This document shows positions 1 to 10,521 of a stretch of DNA of 64,000 nucleotides, piece after piece. Position 1 is the stretch's first letter. Every line of letters begins with the position of its first letter. The notes beneath the pieces were generated by a model. The model was given only the letters and a program-made list of their open reading frames with translations, searched no databases and was not told where the DNA came from. Source of the stretch: Lingula anatina (Eukaryota > Animalia > Brachiopoda); contig CM120645.1 of assembly GCA_051362555.1 (NCBI GenBank), positions 15,624,001 to 15,688,000 of the forward strand, given 5' to 3'. A program made the translations under genes and the position numbers.

Positions 1-445
1 CTATGGATCCTATGATGAAGGTACAGGTACAGACCAAACAATCTGGAACAAAATAATAATATCAACAAATTTAAATTGGCATTCCAGATACAATACTTCA
101 AAGGAATTTTGTAAATCAGTGAAGGTTGTCATTGTTTGTAAAAGATGGATTTAATTGGAAATTTACCATAACGGGGTCCAAGAGAGAATGCTCCATCTTT
201 CTTGAAGGAAGATGGGTCAAATTAAAAGATCTCATTAAATCCAGCTAGTAGTTTCCTCTGTCCCTCAACCATCAAATATATATATATTTTCCTTTAATGT
301 TCTCTGGTTACTAAATATTTCACATCTGGTCTAAACGCCTGCAGCCAGCTATAATCTATAATTCTCATAGAAGCCAACTGTGACACAAACACTCAACACA
401 ATCTTTTCTCAACCAGTCTCACCTAACACAATTTCTCCCACCTAC

Positions 446-3400
446 CTCTCTTGTTCCTCTTTGGTGGTATAGGGAGCGTCTAGCTCAGGACTGGTGTACT
501 GTGCAGTGCTCTTGGACTTGTACATGAAGTGCCTGAGATCTGCTATCCCCACCTGTGATATACTGTACGACGTCCTGGCAAGAGCCTCCGTTATAGCAGT
601 CAGGCAATTGTATCTGTTTAACCTCTGGAGAGCAAAGTTTGTAACAAGTTGATTACTTAAATATTCTGGTCATTGAATAGAATGTGATAATAAACACAGA
701 AGGTAAGGTATTGACTTTACTAACTGCATAGTGCATGATTACACTCTATGTTGTAACGTAGTCACTGTCAAAGACTATCAGTCCAGGTAAGCAATAAAAT
801 TTTATCCTGAAATAAATTGTAAAAAATGGTCTGCTTTTACTGTTGTTCAGAATAACCATCTTGAGTCTAGTTACTGCTGACTCTGAAAGCTAACTGTGGA
901 TTTGTGACTTAGTGTTAAAAACTGACTAGAATGTTGCCTGTCCTCTGATCGAGGAAGACTAAAATATTTTCAAAATTTACACCTACATAGTGCTAGTATT
1001 TACACTATGATGGAATAAAGAATTCTTTTCTAAAATCTTAAATTTCTGAAATCCTGGCTTTGCCCGTCCTTGAAAAAGAAAAGGTAAAAAGCCTGTTTCT
1101 AGAATTTGATTTTCTGTGACGTTACCCGCACTTTTCTTGACCTTTGTCATTCCAACAATACTTACATCCACTATTTTCTGCCTGCACTCAGATAGGGTAA
1201 AGAACATGTCCCTGTCTACAGTGAGGAGGAGCAGACATGTCTGACATCCAGGGTCCAGATAGGAGACATAGGCATGAAGAAACCCACTGAAATGGGAAAG
1301 CATATTCTTAACATAGTACATTGTACATGGGCACCTTTCACAGTATGCTGATTATATTCAACAATATCATAAAACAATGCTTTCAAGATATTTTCTAGAA
1401 TCTATTTATTTTTGTTGTACTAGTTCTAATCACAACTGCTAAAATACAAAAAGTTAACATCTGTTGTTAGATTTCAGAAAACAATTTGAAGTCTTGCATA
1501 TGATAGACTTTACAGGTATAAGAAAAGAATACTACATCAAACTTGACAGATCATAGGTCTTTTTACAAACATTAAGCTAGTAATATAAATTCTGGAAAAT
1601 TTCAATTTAATAACACTAAAATGTTCATTTGATTTATATCCAAAATATTTCTCACCTTGCATCAAATTTTGGCAGACATATTGGTGTCCACGACTCAGCA
1701 GCTTTGAAACTCTCCGAGGCATTGACTAAATTGATGATGAGGTGAAGATCTGACGGATGCAGAAAATATTTCTTCATCCTCACCAGAGTGATGAGCTGGT
1801 TATTTGCCAGTAGAATGGCAAATACCAAATCCTGGAGAGAAAACATGCTATAGTGAGTAGTGAAACACCTACACCAATTGTAATTGAAACAGAACAACAA
1901 TGCTCCATATTCTGAAATATTACACCTACTTTACATCAATATCTTTGTGAAGAGACAATTATCATAATTAATATCATAAAGTTATAATTGGGGTGGGTGG
2001 AGAGGTGGCCACGGGGGTTAAAAGCTTGATTACTTATTTTCTTATTTTTCAAATTCAAAACCTTTTTAATAACGTTATTTCAAAAATAGAAAACCAAGAT
2101 GGAGTAATAGCAGTAGGAAATTCATCTGCATGTGATTGTAATATTTTACAACCAATGTTAATGGCAAATATTCTTACAGAATTATCCTAATGCAGGCCCG
2201 TAGCCAGGGGGGGTTCGGGGGGTTCAAAAGAACCACCCCTTTTGCTGGGAAAAGGTCCACTCTGGGTAAAATTTGATCTAGGTACATATAGTTTTATGGG
2301 AAAAGGTCCACTTTTTCAGAAAAAGAACCCTCCTTTTGAATTTGCTGGCTTCGGGCCTGTAATGAGTTAATATTCTCCTCATATGCCCACTCACCTTAAC
2401 ATTAGCATTCTGTACAATACTCTGAGCTATATTCTCTCTTGTAGAGCTGGGTAACGGTAGACATCTCACAGCTCCCAGCAGAAAACTCGGCTCATGGTCC
2501 ATCAAGTGCAATAAATTATCTATAAACTTCTCCGACCCCGTTAAAAGCCTCCTTAGATCATAGTTCCGTCTCTGTTTGAATATCTTGTTCAATTGTGTAT
2601 ATGTCAACACACTAATGATCTGATTGTATACATAAGTTAATTGGAATAAAAGTTGATGGTATGAGTCTTCAGTCTTTGCTACTGCCACTAAGTTCAGGTT
2701 TTCCCTGTTAAGGAAAACAAACTTATGATTCCCTGCAATAAGGCAGCGTAAACTGTCATTACCATCCTGCAGGAAGGACACTAAAGCCTGCATCACACCC
2801 ATGATGGTGACTAACTTGTCTTCTTTCCCATACCTAGAACAGATAAATAAAAACATATGTATATGTAAATAAATATCAACTTGTGACTCTACACACAACT
2901 GTTTTATTATACCTGGACAGGAATTGATATTTGGCTGATAACCAGTACCTAGCTTTTCCTCTTCTTTTTTCTTTTTTTTTTTTTTTTTTTCAATTGCAGA
3001 TGCTATACAACTTTTTTTCTTGTCTTCTGCTTTTACTAGTATAACAAAGTCATGAAAAAACAAGCAGTAAGTCAGAAATATTTAGATGGCTTTGCTAAGT
3101 GACTAGCTAAGTGTGTGACCTGGGCACCTGTTAAAGATCATGACAAACAATAACCAAAATTACTCTACTCTACCAGTACCTTGAGTAAATAGGTTTCCCT
3201 GCCTCACTAAGAACAAATATATGTTTTCTTTGACTCCTCCAGGCCTCTGTTTGCACATTCTCCTCGGAGTCACTCTCTATCACAGTTAAACCTGATGCGG
3301 ATGGACCACTAGATACTGCTGCAGTTTGCCCTCCTTCCTTCTCTTCTTCCTTGCTGGCTGTTGTCTCATCAGAAGACGTAAGGGACAAATCTTCATCGTC

Positions 3401-4587
3401 TGTCACTTGTAACTCATTGAGTTTGTCTTTAAGTTCTCCATCTTTTTCTCTTTCCTAAATGACAGTAGAATCCAAAATCATTAATTTATTAAGTAACCCC
3501 AGTTATATATATTTCTTATATGTAAATTATTACCAAAAACATTGTCCTACTGTACTTATCACCCTCCTAAAATGATAGTATTGATATAATAATTTGATAA
3601 ACCATTATTGTTCTGTTGTTTCTCATCACTTTATGATTCAAGTTTCTCTCTTACCTCCCTGAATTGATATATCTATCCAATCAATATGATTAATAATGTC
3701 TGTTATGATCACAGACTGGTCAAAAGCAGCCATGTGCTGGTCAACATCAGACTATACTGACTTCACAACCAGTCAATATCGGGCAGGAATCAGGAGATAT
3801 AATCTTTTTTTTATTTTTTTCAAAAAGACTCAATGGCTGGGATTTGAACCCACAACCCCTCATTTATAACCTGGTACTTTAGATATTACTAAAGCATTGC
3901 TTTTAAAGCCCCATAAAAAATGTGCGATGCATGTACATATCAAACTAACTGTATTAGGCAGACTTTATGGGACTATTTAGGTTATTTTACCAGATTGATA
4001 AGCAATCAAGGTGACAGCCGAACGTGAGATATTGAGTCCGATGGGAAAGTGTAACGTGACAGAGATTTCCCCATGATAGAGTCCGCTTCCCATTCATTTG
4101 TACAGGTAAGCCTCGTCCTAGATTTTGACAAACTAAAGTCAGGCTAACTCTAACTATTGCAACTAAATGGGAGGGCGGACTTTTCTGTTACGGTCGGTTA
4201 CACGGACCCTCAGTTTCGTTACACCGGGCAAACTTCCGACTCAATATCTGACAATGCAAATTGATATGTACACTGATAGATCTAAAAAATATTCTGTTGG
4301 TTAACAAATACAGCTGGTCGATAAAATCTTTAGGAATCATAAAAAAAGATAAAAGATGCTACCTGTTTTTCACCTGCCAACTCGGGTTTGGAGCGGTTCG
4401 TTATTTCACTAATTGTCCCACTCGAGTGTCTTGGGCGGCGAATTTCGTGTAAACTCCCCTGCCATCCTTGGGTAAGATCCGCGTAAGAGTCAGTGGGAGC
4501 AAGGATCACAGTGCCTCCCGCTCCTGGTTCAGGAACATCGGAGTCATAGGACGGAGTCTGCGACCGATCACTTCCCCCTCCGTCCAT
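446..4587 (-). CDS. MON1: Vacuolar fusion protein MON1 homolog (Rab7 GEF subunit), 5' six coding exons; gene continues beyond the left edge of the window
   Basis: Exons 4587-4363, 3454-3180, 2833-2395, 1831-1656, 1286-1166, 624-446 have GT-AG junctions in compatible phase. Translation shows MON1 motifs [82 protein letters not shown]. Exon 1 boundary is the least certain. Confidence 0.95.
2193..2359. mobile_element. 167-bp MITE with CAGGCCCGTAGCCAG TIRs and 5-bp TSD (TAATG), in a MON1 intron
   Basis: Terminal inverted repeats; TAATG at 2188-2192 and 2360-2364; near-identical copy at 5977-6143. Confidence 0.9.
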
Positions 4588-5792
4588 GTTGGTTAAGCAC
4601 GGATCGATAGGGGGCGTGATGAGCAAGACGAGCCTTTATCATAAAGAAAAAAGGAGAAAGACGCGTAGTTATTTTGGTCTTTATTTATTCATTTAACTTA
4701 TGTTAAAAGAGTTGATGTAAGGTATGTAAGAAAAAGGCCGTGGCATTTTTTTCATACATGTTGGCATCAAATTCTTGGGATAAAACGTCATGTTTTCATT
4801 TTAGGCCTACTGAGTACACTGATGTTAACTTAAAACGCTTTATTTAATGTTAATGGACAAATGAGAGCAAACCTGTCTCAATTGTTTTCACGTACGCGGA
4901 ATTTATCAGGTTTTTCGGAGTCTTTTATGTGATTTTACGTAAATGTATATCGGCAAGTTTCAGTTGCTTAGCACATGGAAATATTTCGTACATTTCCATG
5001 ATTAGCATAGGCCTACTGTAGGCCTACATATGTAGCCACCATCACCTTGATTGGTTAGTAGGGGACACACACGCACACACACACACACACACACACAGAG
5101 GGGTATACAGGCTTGTATATATGACCTTTTAGCCGTCTATTGTTACACAACGCTTGTAAAAGTTAACTGCTTCGTTTGCGTAATTTATTGCAGTTTTCGC
5201 ATCTGCAGTCGAATTGTTCAAGAGGACGAGTTCTATTTAGGCAATTATGTAAGGATATGCTATAAGGAGGGGTACTGTATATAAAAATTTAATAAAGAAT
5301 AAGCTTATAAAGTAGGCCCTATCACTATTTTTTTGTAACTGCAGTGTCATATTTCTTTATCATTTACATGTAACATTGTATTCGCTGTCGCCATGACAGT
5401 TGCGCAAAAATGTTAAATGATATGCTTTGACATGCTGTGCTCTGTGTTTTTCATATGTTATGTATATCCAACTACCGCTTCTGTCCATTGTTTATAAGGC
5501 ACTAAAAGTTTCTTCTCTCACTTCCTCTCAACTTTTTTTTCTCTTTTGTATCTTCGTTAATTTCCTTGTATTTGGAACAGCGAACGTTTCTTGCGCTGAA
5601 TCTGCTCTGAAATATTAAACAGATTTAAATGTATTTGTGACTTTATTTGTGGGATAAACATGCAAAATATATATTTATGCAGCAAAACCTTACCCTTATC
5701 ATTTCACTTATGTTATGTCTGGGTTTAACCAGTCTTTATTTCAAATAATTTAACTGAAGCTAGTATAAAAAATTAATGAATAGGTAAATGTA

Positions 5793-5798
5793 TTTATT
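5793..5798 (-). terminator. Candidate polyadenylation signal AATAAA of the cysteine-rich peptide gene
   Basis: TTTATT on the + strand, about 110 bp past the predicted stop at 5908. Confidence 0.45.
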
Positions 5799-5907
5799 AA
5801 TAAACAAACAAGTTTACTAAGAGAATGGAGCTAAGAGTAATTACATGGATTGGTGTTTTGCCAGGTCGAGCAGCTCCGTATGTGTCCATGTAATTTTCAG
5901 AGAACAT

Positions 5908-6467
5908 TTAAAGGGGTGAAGCGTGTTCCCAGTGCCACCCAGCTGTGTCACCCTTCGAGTGAGAGTTTTAACTTATCAGGCCCGTAGCCAGGGGGGTTCG
6001 GGGGGTTCGAAAGAACTGCCCCTTTTGCTGGGAAAAGGTCCACTCTGGGTAAAATTTGATCTAGGTACATTAAGTTTTTATGGGAAAAGGTCCACTTTTT
6101 CAGAAAAAGAACCCCCCTTTTGAAATTGCTGGCTACGGGCCTGCTTATATTATTCAGAATCGTACCACACTTACCTTCACTTTCATCTCCGCCACCAGCG
6201 GTACAACCGCAGGGATCTGAAGTACAGCGACAGGTGTTCCCCCTGCATGTCTGTGTATTAGAACAGCAGTGACATATGGCCGCCTTATTCTCTGAAGAGT
6301 AATTACAACAAAACGGGTCAATCATCTGTATTAACTTATTTCAAAGACTATAAACAAAAACGCACAAACGTAACAAAGTGGCAAAGGATAAATTATCCGA
6401 AGTGCTTACCTTCAATGAAAACAGAGAGCACCAAAAATGTTATGCAAAGATAAATTAAAGTTTTCAT
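5908..6467 (-). CDS. Small secreted cysteine-rich peptide (69 aa, 8 Cys in mature region), 3 coding exons
   Basis: Exons 6467-6410, 6291-6175, 5942-5908 (phase-1 GTAAG...CAG introns) give MKTLIYLCITFLVLSVFIEENKA-AICHCCSNTQTCRGNTCRCTSDPCGCTAGGGDESEAGWHWEHASPL*. Signal-peptide-like N-terminus, TATAAAA about 50 bp upstream, AATAAA about 110 bp downstream. Exon 3 is less certain than exons 1-2. Confidence 0.75.
5977..6143. mobile_element. 167-bp MITE, same family as 2193-2359, 5-bp TSD CTTAT, in intron 2 of the peptide gene
   Basis: TIRs CAGGCCCGTAGCCAG...CTGGCTACGGGCCTG; CTTAT on both flanks. Confidence 0.9.
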
Positions 6468-6516
6468 CGTGACAAAATTAAAAGTACGAATAAAGTGATG
6501 TGCATAGTTTGGACAT

Positions 6517-6523
6517 TTTATAG
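6517..6523 (-). promoter_or_regulatory. Candidate TATA box of the cysteine-rich peptide gene
   Basis: GGCTATAAAATG on the minus strand, 50 bp upstream of the ATG at 6467. Confidence 0.55.
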
Positions 6524-6551
6524 CCAACGTCTAAGAGAGCGACAGACAGTA

Positions 6552-7384
6552 CACTGTCGGTCAAAATTATTGTCACACATTAGGAAAGTTATTTATTTTG
6601 TTACAAACGCCTTTTTTAATGCACTGCTGTATCAGTGAAACAGAAAGCGCCTTATATACATGTATGAACAGAACGGTTCCCAGCGACCCCTATCTCTTTG
6701 GGTACATTTTTCGATATATATGTGTTCTCCAGTAATATGGTACATGTACGTCCTCAGTCTTCTGTTAGAGGTACGTTTAAGGTATCCGTCGCGGATTTTG
6801 TCTCGGCTACAGATAGAAGAGGTCGGTTAGATTGCTGCTTGGGGCTTCTTTTTGTCAAACAGGCGGAGCTTCTCTGGGGATGCCCCCCCCCCTCCCCCCG
6901 ATATTTAGCTAGAAGTTTCCATCGGACAGGCACTTCACTGCCGGTGGCAGCTCTCATCGTGAGTGTTCTAATCACATTTCGTTTTGAAAACCTATGCTGA
7001 CAACGTCTGGCTAATTCGTTTTTTATCAATGCATGTCCACACATATACACGCATATGTTGGTTCCGGACACCAAAGTCAGTCAAAAATGGTATAGCTTTG
7101 CACAGCTATGCTTTGGTGAGGGTCATCTCATCCACTTCAACAAACTGCTTTATATCAAAACAAAAACGTTTTATTGATAAACTATCAACACCTTTTTGCA
7201 CATTTAATTTGTACCCCTAGCACACTTTCATTTATTTATTTTCTATTTATTGGGGGGGGGGGGGGGGGGCTTAACTTTGATATGTGCTCATATTTTACTC
7301 GTGTAATATTGAACGCCCTTTGAGAATTGTGTGGTACAGTAGAAAGGGTTCACAAGAGTGTGACAAACATTTTGACCAACAGTG
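6552..7384. mobile_element. Non-autonomous Tc1/mariner-type element (about 830 bp), TA-flanked
   Basis: About 27-bp TIRs CACTGTCGGTCAAAATTATTGTCACAC / GTGTGACAAACATTTTGACCAACAGTG with TA on both sides. Related end fragments near 9227-9340 and 10584. Confidence 0.8.
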
Positions 7385-10300
7385 TATATCACTACATACA
7401 CATCAAGTATTTTTAAAAACATACCTCATTAAACGTCGCTGTTGGTGATCTGTTGGCATTTCCATTTTCAGTCGTTATTTTAGTAGGTTGAAAACATTTT
7501 TGCCATAGGTTAACATACTTCCAATAATAATTGAAACAAGAGCAGCCAATGGTGAAACATAACACCAAGCCATGATACGTTGGTACGTGCACCTTGGCAC
7601 GTGGTCCCTATACTAGTGCATGCACATGCTTCTACTGTTCACATATGTTTCAAGCCATCTTATGCCAAAATATATCGTGGGGGAATGTGCGTGCGTGTGT
7701 GTATGTGGATGCGTTTTCGACGGATGTGTCGTTTGATCTGTCTTCGTTTGCAACGTGCGTGTGTGCGTGTGATGGTATAGAATAAACTTTTAATACATAA
7801 TTACATAAACGCACAACAACATGGGCTTTCACCTAACGTAATTGCAATTCCAATGTGCATGTGTCAGATGAAAAAAATCATTGTAAATTAATGAACGTTA
7901 TGGACGCACATACAATTTACATGTGTAGGAGAGGTAGGGTCAACTGACTCTAAAGTACATGGCTGCCAGTGGGCAATTTTTTTAAAAAAAGTAGATTCGT
8001 TATTTTTACTTACAAAGAAGCGTAAATTCATTGGATACATTTGCAGTACCAGTAGATACATTTACAAAGCTTAGGAACTCGTACCCGATTCAAAATTAAT
8101 AAAAAAAGACATGAAATCTAACAGAAAAAATTAATTGACCATATGGTTGAATTCGTAAAATAGAAAATGTTTAGTTTATTTTATTTAAACTATCGCCTTT
8201 GCTTATTATCATAAATTATTATCATAAAACTCGAAACTTCTTGACCACATGTTTTTGTTTTCCACTTTAGTAGATTTGCCTAGTTGATCGTAGTGATTTG
8301 ATGTTACTAACTACTGTAGTTTCATAATGTTGTTCTGATGATGAGGACAGGTGCTAGTCAAATGTTTAAAAATTAATTCATTTATTACATTTTGTAAACC
8401 ATCTTTTAATTGAGATAAGGTAGTCACTGTACGTGAACTTGTGAACGTGGGAAACTGCTGTTCCTGAGGTTTACAAAGGAAAAGTGTTCCTTAATTTTGA
8501 TTATAATATAATAATAATATATTTATTTTAAGTCTAAATTCCATATAGATATGTTCAGTAGACTTTACATTTAAGTGCATTACATACAAAACAAATAGTT
8601 AGGCACCTGTTCATTACAATCTGTGTTAGCGATCTCGCCGCCCTGGGGAAGCTTTTTACATTTATAAGTAAATCGAATCTAGAGTTCAAAAGCGCAGGCT
8701 ACGTTAGCTTTACTAGTGACTACAACGGATACTTCTGGCTGCACTAAGGGGCACGTTGGGTTTGATGCTGGTACATATAGCCTACCTTCAAACATTCCAT
8801 CTGCTGCTGTTGAAATATACAGTACATTGCTTTGGGGATGAAGCTCTACTGTAATATCAAATTCGTTATTTTTTAATTTACTGAACAGATAAGGTGAAAA
8901 GCAAAATAAAGAAGTAGGCGTATAAACAACATTTTTTGATTTTCTGTGTAAGGTACCGTGCGGACACCGAGAGAACATAAAAATAAGGCACCTCTGCGCA
9001 AGCCGTGTAAGCATGACCGAAAGTTTATGAGCCGTGGTACCTGAATAATCATATACAACACTCGTCACTAAAGTACATGCATACCTGGCGTCCACTCTCG
9101 CTTCGCACTGGTAGCCAGCGTTTCCTGTGACTGGAAGCATGTTAACTTCTGACATAAGTGTTTTTCAAACTTCTAAAATAACTTAATGTCAGTTGATCAA
9201 CTGCAACTTTGAAGCATGCTACGAACAATGCTGGTCAAAATGTTTGTCACTCTCCCGAGAATTCTTTTTTACACATACATATATAGCAGTATTTAATGGT
9301 CGCCTTATATCGCATGGGTTAAATATGAGCACCTAAAACTGACAGCAGCTCAAAATTAAATGTAGAAAAATAGTGGGAAATATATGTTATTAGCTAGAAT
9401 GTATAAACATGTATAGGCCTATTCTTGGTATAAAACAGTTTGTTGGGGTTAGTGAGAATGCACTTCCACCAAACCATAGATGAATCTATACCAATTGTGA
9501 CTTCATGACACTGGTTTGAGGAACCAAATATGATGTATGTGTGTACGTGCGCTGGAATGAAAATCAGCGATTGCCAGACGTGCTTTGAACTGCACGTGAT
9601 CAGGACATTCAAGATGAAAGCCGGTAGTGACCAGATCGGTGGAAACTTCTTGGAGAAAAAGGTATCCCAGGACAGATCTGCTGGAAGCTGTTTGACAAAA
9701 AGTGTCTCCAAGACAGCTAAAAGTAGCAATCTCGCCGGGTGCTAAGGCACAAAAATTTGGATCTTGTGTCTATAAACTCAATATTTTCTCTCAGAAGATG
9801 CTGCTAAACGATCATTTTCTCAGAATTATAACGTCCTTCGTAAAATTGATTTGACTATCCTTAATTTTAAACATTTTGAATTAAAATCTAACTTGACCTT
9901 TAAGCTGTTAGGCAAATATACCACAAGATGAAGACGCTCAGTGCATTTCATTATAATTTCCGTAAACTTGCCTGACTCTTTATCAATTGTGTTAGAGAAG
10001 CGTCGCATTTCAGAATAACAAGACATTGACTAGGTTTGGTCGATCACACACACACAAATACACACACACACACACACACACACACACGCCAAGAGAGTGC
10101 ATACATGTCACTGAGCAATATAACACCACTTATGCAACAATATGTACAAGTTAAAAAAACAGATATGTAATACTTTATTTTGGTCAGTATAAATTATCAC
10201 TGTGTATGCCGTGGACTTTATTTTAAAAAATGTGTTGCACTGCGTTATAAAAAAAAATCCAACTTCCTTTGGTTTTTTTGACAAATAATTTCTATGGGAC

Positions 10301-10420
10301 TTTTACAGCTCCAGTCGAGTATATTCGAATATATTTAAAATATAATCATTTAGGTCATTCCAATCCATAAACAATATTGTTAAACAGCGACATGGCATTA
10401 AACTGTTCGACGGAATCTGG

Positions 10421-10521
10421 CCATGCAAACACGTCACGTCACGTGGCTAGCACGTTGCTACCACATTATAACATCATAGCAACGTGCTTGCCACGTGATT
10501 CGAACATGACGTGTTTGCTGG
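10421..10521. repeat. About 100-bp inverted-repeat (hairpin) insertion inside a locally duplicated segment
   Basis: Arms GCAAACACGTCA..CACGTGGCTAGCACGTTGCTA / TAGCAACGTGCTTGCCACGTG..TGACGTGTTTGC. The flanks (about 10300-10580) match 11871-12040, which lacks the hairpin. Confidence 0.7.

Noticed and set aside
3830-3875. B-box-like GGGTTCAAATCCC on the minus strand
   Set aside because: No cloverleaf; at most a decayed tRNA-derived SINE fragment.
9394-9745. Stop-poor segment with ORFs on both strands
   Set aside because: No recognisable protein similarity and no convincing splice sites.
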